A stretch of 64,000 nt of DNA. Origin: Bacteroidales bacterium (lineage in GTDB: Bacteria > Bacteroidota > Bacteroidia > Bacteroidales > UBA3824). Shown here one piece after another: positions 1 through 9,177 of the stretch (position 1 is the stretch's first letter; each line of letters begins with the position of its first letter). The notes beneath the pieces are model-generated. The model searched no databases, was not told the DNA's origin, and worked only from the letters and a program-made list of their open reading frames with translations. Location: assembly GCA_024413595.1 (NCBI GenBank), contig JAKSUC010000002.1, forward strand, positions 35,335 to 99,334, in the 5' to 3' direction. Both the position numbers and the translations under genes were made by a program.

Positions 1-758
1 CGATTTTTAAATAAGAATTTTAGGTCTGCAACTTTAAATTGTTCTTCGTTATCTTGTTGATTTTCAGATTTTGTTTCATTTTCTTCTTTATCAAATTTAC
101 GTTCCATAAAACAATAAATCAAGAAAGCTCCAAAAGAAGCAATTAAAATAATAAGACCAAAAGCAAGCGGACGAGTAATTAATTCATTTTCACCAGCTAA
201 ACGCCCCGACATATAAAAAACCGCTAACATTCCAAGACGTCCAAAAGCAGTGTTAAGTCCCATAGCTAAAGCAAGTTCTTTACCTTTAAACCATTTTACA
301 ATAACTTTTGACGCAATAATACCAGCAATTTCCATTCCCGTACCAAAAATTGCATAACCAAGTGATGCAAGTTTTACAGATGGTGAATAATCAGTTAGAA
401 ACGAATTAAAAAAATCATAACCAAAGCCTCCATTTAAAAACGTGTCGCTCATAGCATAATAATTTATGCTTGCCCCAACCAAAATAACAGAAATGAAAAT
501 TTTACCAGTAAAACGAATACCTAATTTATCAAGAATAATACCTCCAAAAATTAGCATCAAAAAGAAAACATTAAACCAAGAATACGCACTAGAATACATA
601 CCGTAAGCAGTGCTATCCCATCCAAATTTTGGATTACGTTCAATCATACTTTTGAGAGGCGACATAATGTCGGTGAAAAAATATCCGCTAACCATAACTA
701 GCGAAATCAAAATCAAAACCGTCCAACGTGCAGTTTTGCTTTCATGAAGATTTTTCAT
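1..758 (-). CDS. MFS-type membrane transporter, 5' part (gene runs off the left edge)
   Basis: Absent from the ORF track because no stop lies inside the window. My minus-strand read from ATG at 756-758 gives MKNLHESKTARWTVLILISLVMVSGYFFTDIMS... and stays open to base 1 (...FMERKFDKEENETKSENQQDNEEQFKVADLKFLFKN). It shows successive hydrophobic helices. The family call rests on general appearance only. Confidence 0.45.
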   Translation of the reverse strand, partial: MKNLHESKTARWTVLILISLVMVSGYFFTDIMSPLKSMIERNPKFGWDSTAYGMYSSAYSWFNVFFLMLIFGGIILDKLGIRFTGKIFISVILVGASINYYAMSDTFLNGGFGYDFFNSFLTDYSPSVKLASLGYAIFGTGMEIAGIIASKVIVKWFKGKELALAMGLNTAFGRLGMLAVFYMSGRLAGENELITRPLAFGLIILIASFGAFLIYCFMERKFDKEENETKSENQQDNEEQFKVADLKFLFKN

Positions 759-787
759 AATAGAATAAAGTAGTAAATATTTAAATT

Positions 788-2062
788 TTATTTATATTTT
801 CCGTTCCATAAACGGTTAATAGTTTCTTTAGCTTTATTTTCGGCAGGATTGTCGCATGGTTGATAAAAACTTGTACCTTTAATTTGGTCAGGCAAAAATT
901 CTTGATCAACAAAATGTCCAGGATAATCGTGAGAATATTTGTAATCTTTACCATATCCAAGTTGTTTCATAAGTTTAGTTGGAGCATTTCTAAGATGTAG
1001 AGGAACAGGTAAATCGCCTGTTTGTTCAACCAATTGCATAGCAGCATTTATGGCATTGTATGCAGAATTACTTTTAGGCGAATTTGCAAGATAAATAACA
1101 GTTTCGCTAAGCATAATTCTCGACTCTGGATATCCAACTGTGTTAACAGCATTAAAACACGCATTAGCCAACAACATAGCATTAGGATTAGCCAATCCAA
1201 TATCTTCACTTGCAGAAATAACAAGACGACGAGCAATAAATTTTAAATCTTCGCCACCAGCCAACATTCTCGCCAACCAATAAACAGCTGCATTTGCATC
1301 ACTTCCTCTGATACTTTTTATAAAAGCCGAAATAATATCGTAGTGCATTTCTCCATTTTTATCATACATAGCAAGATTTTTTTGGAGACGTTGCATAACA
1401 GTTTCGTCGTTGATAACTACTTGGTCGGAAGTTTCAGCATTAATAACAATTTCGAGAATATTAAGCAATTTACGTGCATCACCACCACTTTGACGAAAAA
1501 GAGCTGAAGTTTCTTCAACTTTGATATTCATTTTTTTAAGTTCAACGTCATTTTCAATGGTATGAGTAAGAAGTTTATCAAGATCTTCTTTTTCTAGTGA
1601 TTTTAAAACGTAAACTTCACAACGTGAAAGCAATGGTGAAATAACTTCAAACGAAGGATTTTCTGTTGTAGCTCCAATTAAAGTGACAATACCTTGTTCT
1701 ACAGCAGCTAAAAGAGAGTCTTGCTGACTTTTGTTGAAACGATGAATTTCGTCGATAAACAAAATAGGAGAGGGCGTATTAAAAAATTGAGAACGTTGCG
1801 CCTTTTCTAAAACATCACGAACATCTTTAACTCCACTATTAACAGCGCTTAATGTAAACATTGCACGATTGCCACTACTAGCAATAATTTTAGCAAGAGT
1901 AGTTTTTCCTACACCTGGAGGTCCCCACAAAATAATACTATGAATACGTCCTGTTTCAATCATATTTCTAAGAACAGCACCTTGTCCAACAAGATGTTGC
2001 TGACCAATATAATCGTCCAATTTTTTAGGCCTCATGCGTTCAGCCAAAGGTTGTAATGCCAT
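788..2062 (-). CDS. rarA: replication-associated recombination protein A (AAA+ ATPase, RarA/MgsA)
   Basis: 424 aa. Walker A GPPGVGKTT, Walker B LFIDEIHRF, and a MgsA-type C-terminal helical domain (AAVYWLARML, RRLVISASEDIGLANP). Confidence 0.9.
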   Translation of the reverse strand: MALQPLAERMRPKKLDDYIGQQHLVGQGAVLRNMIETGRIHSIILWGPPGVGKTTLAKIIASSGNRAMFTLSAVNSGVKDVRDVLEKAQRSQFFNTPSPILFIDEIHRFNKSQQDSLLAAVEQGIVTLIGATTENPSFEVISPLLSRCEVYVLKSLEKEDLDKLLTHTIENDVELKKMNIKVEETSALFRQSGGDARKLLNILEIVINAETSDQVVINDETVMQRLQKNLAMYDKNGEMHYDIISAFIKSIRGSDANAAVYWLARMLAGGEDLKFIARRLVISASEDIGLANPNAMLLANACFNAVNTVGYPESRIMLSETVIYLANSPKSNSAYNAINAAMQLVEQTGDLPVPLHLRNAPTKLMKQLGYGKDYKYSHDYPGHFVDQEFLPDQIKGTSFYQPCDNPAENKAKETINRLWNGKYK

Positions 2063-2178
2063 TTTTTTGATAAATTTTTATCAAAGATAAAAATTTTAAT
2101 TGATAATTTAAAATTGATAATAGGTATTTGAATATTCTTTTAGATTATTGATAAAAATATAGAAATTTAACAAAAATA

Positions 2179-2970
2179 TTATTCTTTTTTTTCTACTTTT
2201 TTTACTACCCAAACGCTTAATTCAAAAATTAAATAAAGAGGAAAAGCTGTTAAAAACATTGTAAAAACATCGGTTGAAGGTGTAATAATAGCAGAAATAA
2301 TTAATACTAAAACAAACGCATGTTTTCGATGGGTTTGCATAAACTTATATTTTAAAATACCAATTTTTGCTAAAAAATATGTGGCAATTGGTAGTTCAAA
2401 TGAAATTCCTGTGGCTAAACATAATTCTACCAAAGTGTCAATGTAAGAGTCTATTGAAATTAAATTTTCGATATCAGGCATCACTTGATACGATGCCAAA
2501 AAATTAACAGAAAGTGGAAAAATTAAATAATACGCAGTAATAACACCTAAATAAAATAGTATTCCTGTAAAAATCAATGCTTTAGAAATGTATTTTTTTT
2601 CGTTTTGATAAAGCGCAGGACGAATAAAAATCCATATTTCACCTGTTATGTATGGCACACAAATAACAAGAGCAACATAAAAAGAAATGCTCATGTGCAT
2701 AAAAAATTGACCTGCAAGACGTGTACTAATAACTTTTACAGGTTCAACTAAAATAGAACCATCACTAACTCCTAAAATTGAAGTAAAAAAATTAAACAAT
2801 CGAAAAGTAGGAAAATCACTATTAGTAGGTGCAAAAATTATTTCTTCAAAAACAAAATTTTTGAGTAAAAAAACAACAATCGCTACTACAAAAACAGCAA
2901 TAAATGACCTAATTAATACACCTCTTAACACTTCGAGGTGATCCCAAAAATTACCTTTTTGTGGATCCAT
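2179..2970 (-). CDS. tatC: twin-arginine translocase subunit TatC
   Basis: 263 aa polytopic protein with the N-terminal FWDHLEVLR motif typical of TatC. It abuts tatA with no gap. Confidence 0.85.
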   Translation of the reverse strand: MDPQKGNFWDHLEVLRGVLIRSFIAVFVVAIVVFLLKNFVFEEIIFAPTNSDFPTFRLFNFFTSILGVSDGSILVEPVKVISTRLAGQFFMHMSISFYVALVICVPYITGEIWIFIRPALYQNEKKYISKALIFTGILFYLGVITAYYLIFPLSVNFLASYQVMPDIENLISIDSYIDTLVELCLATGISFELPIATYFLAKIGILKYKFMQTHRKHAFVLVLIISAIITPSTDVFTMFLTAFPLYLIFELSVWVVKKVEKKE

Positions 2971-3177
2971 TTATTTTGTAGAGTCGTCGGTTTCGGTTTT
3001 GTTAGAATTTGACTTATTATCGTCTTCAGAATTTCCATTCATGGCATCTTTGTATTCTTTTACACCTTTGCCAAGACCTCGCATTAGTTCAGGAATTTTT
3101 TTAGCACCAAACAAAACTAATATAATTATCAGAATAACAATAAGTTCCTGACCTCCAATAATACCTAAAATTGTCAT
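2971..3177 (-). CDS. tatA: twin-arginine translocase TatA/E family subunit
   Basis: 68 aa with one N-terminal TM helix followed by FGAKKIPELMRGLGKGVKEYK, the TatA hinge and amphipathic helix. Confidence 0.85.
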   Translation of the reverse strand: MTILGIIGGQELIVILIIILVLFGAKKIPELMRGLGKGVKEYKDAMNGNSEDDNKSNSNKTETDDSTK

Positions 3178-3336
3178 AATAATTAAGTTTATTTTTTTGA
3201 CAAAAATATAAAAAAAGTTGTTGACCTAAAATATTTTAAGTCGACAACAGAAAAAAATTATTTTATTTCACAAAATATTTTGTTGATATATGGATAAATA
3301 TTTGATTATTAAATAGTTTTTCCTAATGAATTTTTT

Positions 3337-3548
3337 AATAGATTTGGCAAAATAAGAGTTGCTTATTCTGCCAAATTACATGTATTTTTAATAGATTTGG
3401 CAAAATAAGAGTTGCTTATTTTGCCAAATTGCATATATTTTTAATAGATTTGGCAAAATAAGAGTTGCTTATTCTGCCAAATTGTATGTATTTTTAATAG
3501 ATTTGGCAAAATAAAGACCGCTTATTTTGCCAAATCGTATAAATTTTA
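3337..3548. repeat. four tandem 53-bp repeats, each carrying a 14-bp-arm palindrome (TTTGGCAAAATAAG n5 CTTATT[C/T]TGCCAAA)
   Basis: The string aatagatttggc recurs at 3337, 3390, 3443 and 3496, an exact 53-bp period. The arms pair perfectly in units 2 and 4, and with one mismatch in units 1 and 3. Confidence 0.9.
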
Positions 3549-3556
3549 TATCTTTG
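3526..3556 (+). promoter_or_regulatory. Bacteroidota-type promoter for the AAA ATPase gene
   Basis: TTTG at 3526-3529 and TAtcTTTG at 3549-3556, with a 19-nt spacer, 24 nt before the ATG at 3580. The -33 element lies inside the right arm of repeat unit 4. A further half-site TGGCAAAATAA sits at 3557-3567. Confidence 0.5.
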
Positions 3557-3579
3557 TGGCAAAATAAAACACATATATT

Positions 3580-5028
3580 ATGCAGAAGATTATTGGTAGA
3601 GCAAAGGAAATCAGTGAATTAAATGACGTATACACATCAGGAGTTCCAGAATTTGTTGTGATATATGGTAGAAGACGTGTAGGTAAAACTTTTCTAATAA
3701 GAGAAATGTTTGCTGAAAAATTTGCATTTTATCATACAGGATTGGCTCCTCAGGATATTGACGAAACAAATATGATGAATAGTCAGCTAAATAACTTTGC
3801 ATCTTCGTTGCGTAATTATGGAGAACAATGCGGAGTAATTAAAGATTGGATTTCTGCATTTTCTAAACTTAAAACTCTGCTAATAAATAGAATAGAGAAA
3901 AATCCCAAGAAAAGACAAGTTGTGTTTATTGACGAACTACCTTGGCTTGATACACCACGCTCACAATTTATATCTGCATTGGAACACTTTTGGAACGGTT
4001 GGGGTTCTGGAATATCTCAATTAATGTTGATTGTATGTGGATCTGCTATTGCTTGGATTTCGGATAATCTATTGCACAATAAGGGCGGATTATACAATAG
4101 AAAGACAAGAGAAATAAAATTACATTCTTTTACACTTTGCGAAGCTGAACAATTTTACAAGTCGCGTGGCATTGTACTAAATAGATACACTCAATCTCAA
4201 TTATATATGATGATTGGTGGCATTCCATATTATATGACTTATGTGGAAAAGGGTAAAAGTTTAGAACAAATTACAGATAATTTATTTGCAAATCGAAATG
4301 GCAAATTGAGAAACGAATTAGATCAATTATTTGTGTCGCTATTTACTAATCATGAAGAATGTTTAAAAATAATAAAACTGCTATCCAAGAGTAAGATTGG
4401 ATACACAAGAAAGGAAATTGCAGAAATTACCAAAATTCCATACGGTGGTGGATTAACTAAAACATTGAAAGCTCTTGCAGAAAGTGATTTTATTTGTCAA
4501 TATACTTATTACGGCAAACCTTCCAAAGAAGAACGCTATCGACTTGTAGATTTCTTTACAATATATCAGTTGTCGATAATCAACAATAAGAAAAATCCAG
4601 ACTCTAAAGATTGGAAAGATAGATTTGGTTTGAAAGTAATGTCAGCTTGGTATGGAACTGCATTTGAGGCACTTTGTTGGAACCATATATATCAGATAAA
4701 AAATGCACTTGGCATACCATCGGTACATACCGAAGAATTTTCGTGGAGAGTTGAAGCTTCTGAAATTACAAAGGGGGCACAAATAGATCTTATGATACGA
4801 CGTGCAGATGGTATTTTTAATCTTTGCGAGATGAAATTTTCAATATCTGATTATGCTTTTGATAAAGATGAGGAAAATAAACTACGAAATCGCATTGCTA
4901 CTTTCCAAAACATTACTAAATGCAAAGAACCAATAATGCCAATTCTTGTAACTACTTATGGACTTACACAGAATATCTACAGTAATTTGATACAAAAAAC
5001 TATTACTATGGATGATTTGTTTAAATAA
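3580..5028 (+). CDS. AAA+ ATP-binding protein (Arch_ATPase/DUF234-like architecture)
   Basis: 482 aa. Walker A GRRRVGKT and Walker B VVFIDELPWL, with a C-terminal region resembling the DUF234-type nuclease-fold tail. Family call is from motif memory. Confidence 0.7.
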   Translation: MQKIIGRAKEISELNDVYTSGVPEFVVIYGRRRVGKTFLIREMFAEKFAFYHTGLAPQDIDETNMMNSQLNNFASSLRNYGEQCGVIKDWISAFSKLKTLLINRIEKNPKKRQVVFIDELPWLDTPRSQFISALEHFWNGWGSGISQLMLIVCGSAIAWISDNLLHNKGGLYNRKTREIKLHSFTLCEAEQFYKSRGIVLNRYTQSQLYMMIGGIPYYMTYVEKGKSLEQITDNLFANRNGKLRNELDQLFVSLFTNHEECLKIIKLLSKSKIGYTRKEIAEITKIPYGGGLTKTLKALAESDFICQYTYYGKPSKEERYRLVDFFTIYQLSIINNKKNPDSKDWKDRFGLKVMSAWYGTAFEALCWNHIYQIKNALGIPSVHTEEFSWRVEASEITKGAQIDLMIRRADGIFNLCEMKFSISDYAFDKDEENKLRNRIATFQNITKCKEPIMPILVTTYGLTQNIYSNLIQKTITMDDLFK

Positions 5029-5034
5029 TAAGGT

Positions 5035-5991
5035 TTATTCTTTCACCTTTTTAATTTCTTCAATGGACAATCCGGTTTTTTTGGCAATTTCTTCGTTGCT
5101 AAGACCGAGTTCTTTTAACATTTTTATTAATGAAATAAGTTGATTGTCTTTTTGAGCTAACTGATTGTCTTTTTGAGCTAACTGATTTTGTGTTTCTTCC
5201 AATTCATTTTTCAATCCAGAAATCTCATTCTCTTTTTCTGTCCATTTTTGTTCAATTTCTTCTTCAAGTTCTAATTCGCCTTTAACCTTTTGAGAAGCAG
5301 TGGCTTTTAAAAGAGTTTTCATAAGTTCTTGATATTCAGGAGAAGAATAACGAGTATCATCTAATTCAATGTATTTTTTTTCAACAACTTGACTTTGATC
5401 GAAAATGCTGAGCAATTCTTCTAAAACATTTTTTGCATTTTTCTTAACGTATGGTATTTGAACAATAATAGTATCGTGAGTGAGTCCACTAACAAATTTA
5501 TTTGTTTTTGGAATTGAAATTTCGTTGCCTTCATCATCATGAAAAACGTGTTTGTCTTTAATTACGGCGTATTTTAAATTGTCGCCAATAGAGTGTCCCA
5601 GAATATAAATTGCGTAGATATGATATGGAGTTTCTATATTAACTTTTTTACCTCTATTTATAATAGTTTCAGTATTACAATTGTCATCATTTTGATAATG
5701 AAATCCGAGATATTTACGAAAACGCATAATTTCGCCTTTTGCTACGGCTTTTTGCAATTCAATGGTTACAACTTCTGGATTTTTTTCTCCTTCATTTTGA
5801 ATAGTGGCTCCAAAATCAATACGCAATACAGTAATACCATTTTTTGTGGTAACTACATAGTCGTTGTTTTTCATCTTGAGACTCAGAATTTTTTTATTGA
5901 GAATACTACCCAAGAGAAATTTTGCAGCTCTATCGTTTTGCATCACGAACTTAAATACAGAGTCGTATATTGGATTAAAGACTTTAATCAT
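5035..5991 (-). CDS. Rpn-family PD-(D/E)XK recombination-promoting nuclease / putative transposase
   Basis: 318 aa. The N-terminus FNPIYDSVFKFVM...AAKFLLGSIL is typical of this family. The C-terminus has a coiled coil and an HTH-like tail (LSNEEIAKKTGLSIEEIKKV). Confidence 0.65.
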   Translation of the reverse strand: MIKVFNPIYDSVFKFVMQNDRAAKFLLGSILNKKILSLKMKNNDYVVTTKNGITVLRIDFGATIQNEGEKNPEVVTIELQKAVAKGEIMRFRKYLGFHYQNDDNCNTETIINRGKKVNIETPYHIYAIYILGHSIGDNLKYAVIKDKHVFHDDEGNEISIPKTNKFVSGLTHDTIIVQIPYVKKNAKNVLEELLSIFDQSQVVEKKYIELDDTRYSSPEYQELMKTLLKATASQKVKGELELEEEIEQKWTEKENEISGLKNELEETQNQLAQKDNQLAQKDNQLISLIKMLKELGLSNEEIAKKTGLSIEEIKKVKE

Positions 5992-6075
5992 ATCAATTGC
6001 AATTTTTGATTTGGCAAATATAGCAAATAATCAATAATAAAGGGTTAATAATTAAGTGAATTTTTAAAGTTAGTA

Positions 6076-9000
6076 TTATTTAAAATCTTTCTTTTTTAAG
6101 CATAATGCAGGTAAGAAAATCATAATTCCAATTAATGACATCACTAATCCACCAATAGTTCCAACTGATAAAGGAAACCAAAAACCTTCTTTTTCAACGC
6201 CAATTATAAAAGGTATAAAACCTAAAACTGTTGATAAAACAGTTAATAGAATTGGTATAATTTTGATACTAAATGCTTTTATGTAAGCATGACGTGTTTT
6301 TCTACGTTGTTGTTTTATTTGAAATTCGTTTACAATATAAATACTTGCATTTACTGTAATTCCACACAATAAAACCATTGCAGCAAAACCGCCAGTATCA
6401 AATTTTATTGAGAATAAATAGAACGTTAAAAACAAACCAATATATGCAATAGGTATAGTTGCAACAATAATTAATGGATGTTTCAATGAGTTAAACAAAA
6501 TAGAAGTAATAAAAATAATAATAGCTAGAACAAGAGCTAATAATAGATAATGGTTAGAATTTTCGTTTCCAAACCAATAATATCTCCTATCAGCTTTTAT
6601 AGAGTAGCCAATTGGTAATCGTTGAGTATAAATAGAGTCTGTTTCTTGTAAAACTTTGTCTCCCATAATACTAGAACCTATATATTCATATTGCAAACAT
6701 AATTGATATTGTTGATTAGATTTTCGAATATCTTGAGCAGATTGTTCTTTTTCAAAAGTACATAATTGATTAATTTTATACATTCGTCCATTAATTTCGA
6801 CAGGTCTATTTAATAGAGACCAAATGTTATATTCTTCTGACTGTTTAGTATACATAATGATTTCTTCAAGACGATCGCCATTCCAAACCGTTCCACAACC
6901 TTGATTGTTAACAAACGATTGTTGTATAACCCAAAAAAGATATAAAGGTGAAATATTTTGTTTAATCATTTCTTCAGTTTTAGGTTTTAAATGATATTCT
7001 TGATAATCACTTTTGTAATATTGTTCAGTAGAATTTATCATAACTTCTTTGATACGTTTATGAGTTAACAAAAAGTTTTTAACCGTATCTGCCCAATCTA
7101 ACAGACGTTCATAATTATAGCCTGCCATATCAATTTTATAAGAACCCGCCGACTCACGAACATCGTTAGAAAATCCTTGATCTTGAAGACCATAAACACT
7201 CCAACTACCACCACCTAATTGTAATCCTTTGCTAATAATATTAGATTTTAAAGTGTATGGAAAAACTCCATGTTCTGTTTCTTTAGTAAAATATATAGAA
7301 ATATTTCCTTGTTGAGCTTCTACAGTGGTTTCAAAATGTTTTATTTCTTTAAATTGGCTTAAATAACTTTCCATTTTTCTCATCAAATAATCCATTTGAT
7401 TAAAAGTTGTTCCGTATGGAAGAGTGGCGTAAACTTGCAAAACCACTTGATTACGTCCACTTCCCCAATATTGACCAGTCATTACTTTTTCTGCAAAAAG
7501 TCGCAAACTTCCACCAAAAATAACATCTGTATATGGACGAATTGACTCTTGATAAACTTTAGAACCAAAAATTGTGTTGTAAAAACTTGCAAATTTAGAG
7601 TCACTTTTTATTTCTTTTGGCATTAAAAATAGAGGAATACCAAATCCCCAAATTCCTATTATGAAAGTTAATTTTTTGTGATTAACAATGAATTTTATAA
7701 ATTTTTGATATCCATGATTAAAATGAACAGCAAATCTTAATCTACGTTTTGAAAGACTTTTAATTTTAACATCTTTTTGAAGTTGAATAATAGCAGGAAC
7801 TACCCACAAAGCAGTAAACATAGAAATAAATAGGTTTACAATCATAACAACAGAAAAATCATATAGACTAAGTTTTATTCTATCGTCAAGAAAAAATACA
7901 ATAGATAAAGCACCAATTGTGGTTAAAGTTGCAGAAATAATTGGGAGAATGGCTGTTAGATTATGTTCTCGTCGCCAATGATCTGCCATAATAATAGTGT
8001 TGTCGATTATTAAGTTTAGCGAAATTGTAATACCAGCCAATGAATATAATTGAAGTTCAACGCCTAAAAGATAATAAGCTAAACAAGCAACTGCTAAATT
8101 GCAAATTAAACTACAAACAACAACAACAACTTGTCGCCAACTAAAAGATGTTATCCATATAAAAACCAACAAAATCAAAATAGTTAACCCAGAACGAAAA
8201 TATATTTTGTCTAATTCTTCGCTAATTTGTTCTGTTGCATCGTAAGCTAAATTTAATTCATATCCTTGAGGAAGTCTTTTTTTAAGAATATTAATTTTTT
8301 CAACAACTTTTTTTTGCAATTCAATTTGATTAGCATTTTCTGTTGATGAAATATTTAAATAAATCGAATTTAAACCGTTAATTCTTCTAACAAATGTAGG
8401 ATCAGCATCTTGATATTTCATTTTAACAAGACGATTAAGACCAATTTGACCGCCATTGGGTAAAGGTAAATAAATATCTGATAAAATTAACGAAGAGTCT
8501 GATATATTGGTAGATAGAGTGTATTTACCAATGTTTATTTTGGTACGATAATTACTAATAGCTTTTTGTATATCATTTTCGTTAAGACCGAGTTTTTGTA
8601 TCAAGTCAACATCATATTCAAGTTTACGTTGTTTACGTTGAGCACCAGTGATTTCAACTTTGCTAACATCAGGAAATTCAGAAAAACCAGTTTGAAAAAC
8701 ACGTTCTGCATTTTCTAAAATAACTGACGGTTCAGCTAAAGCATTAATAGTGTAACTTAGGAAAATCGGATTATTTTCGTCAGAAGCCCCTTGAACCATG
8801 ATATATGGATAACTAACCCCTTGTGGTAAATCAGGCCAAACTTGACGTATCAACATAGAAATTTCAAATCTTGACGTTTCTATATCGGCATGTTTATCAA
8901 GTTTTATTGTGATATAACCACCTCCATTATATGATGTAGAATTAATTTCTTCAACACCGTTCATTCTTGAAAACATGGCTTCTAATCTACTAGTAACTTC

Positions 9001-9177
9001 CGACTCAACAATTTTAGATGTTGCATTATTCATCGAAAAATTTACATAAATAGAAGGCATTTTTTCAGAAGGTTGCAATTTTAAAGGTAAAAACGGCAAA
9101 AAAGCAATCCCAATGATTGACAGACACAATGCACTAACAATTACAGTAAACGGAGATATAGTTTTTTGCTTTTTCAT
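6076..9177 (-). CDS. RND efflux transporter permease (AcrB/HAE1-like), second permease of the operon
   Basis: 1033 aa with a 12-TM/2-large-loop layout typical of ACR_tran proteins. There is a 4-nt overlap with the upstream TolC gene. Confidence 0.8.
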   Translation of the reverse strand: MKKQKTISPFTVIVSALCLSIIGIAFLPFLPLKLQPSEKMPSIYVNFSMNNATSKIVESEVTSRLEAMFSRMNGVEEINSTSYNGGGYITIKLDKHADIETSRFEISMLIRQVWPDLPQGVSYPYIMVQGASDENNPIFLSYTINALAEPSVILENAERVFQTGFSEFPDVSKVEITGAQRKQRKLEYDVDLIQKLGLNENDIQKAISNYRTKINIGKYTLSTNISDSSLILSDIYLPLPNGGQIGLNRLVKMKYQDADPTFVRRINGLNSIYLNISSTENANQIELQKKVVEKINILKKRLPQGYELNLAYDATEQISEELDKIYFRSGLTILILLVFIWITSFSWRQVVVVVCSLICNLAVACLAYYLLGVELQLYSLAGITISLNLIIDNTIIMADHWRREHNLTAILPIISATLTTIGALSIVFFLDDRIKLSLYDFSVVMIVNLFISMFTALWVVPAIIQLQKDVKIKSLSKRRLRFAVHFNHGYQKFIKFIVNHKKLTFIIGIWGFGIPLFLMPKEIKSDSKFASFYNTIFGSKVYQESIRPYTDVIFGGSLRLFAEKVMTGQYWGSGRNQVVLQVYATLPYGTTFNQMDYLMRKMESYLSQFKEIKHFETTVEAQQGNISIYFTKETEHGVFPYTLKSNIISKGLQLGGGSWSVYGLQDQGFSNDVRESAGSYKIDMAGYNYERLLDWADTVKNFLLTHKRIKEVMINSTEQYYKSDYQEYHLKPKTEEMIKQNISPLYLFWVIQQSFVNNQGCGTVWNGDRLEEIIMYTKQSEEYNIWSLLNRPVEINGRMYKINQLCTFEKEQSAQDIRKSNQQYQLCLQYEYIGSSIMGDKVLQETDSIYTQRLPIGYSIKADRRYYWFGNENSNHYLLLALVLAIIIFITSILFNSLKHPLIIVATIPIAYIGLFLTFYLFSIKFDTGGFAAMVLLCGITVNASIYIVNEFQIKQQRRKTRHAYIKAFSIKIIPILLTVLSTVLGFIPFIIGVEKEGFWFPLSVGTIGGLVMSLIGIMIFLPALCLKKKDFK

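Noticed and set aside
3345-3363. Sigma-54 type -24/-12 promoter (TGGCA ... TTGC) inside each repeat unit
   Set aside because: The GG to GC distance is 15 nt rather than the canonical 12, so the spacing does not fit.
3337-3548. Possible CRISPR array (regularly spaced palindromic repeats)
   Set aside because: The 53-bp units are contiguous and near-identical along their whole length. There are no unique spacers, only about 13 nt of conserved linker, and no cas genes in the window.
5140-5189. 21-bp tandem duplication (ctgattgtctttttgagctaa x2 plus a partial third)
   Set aside because: It is in frame and lies within a coiled-coil segment of the Rpn-like protein, duplicating the heptad NQLAQKD. 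It is probably slippage with no separate function.
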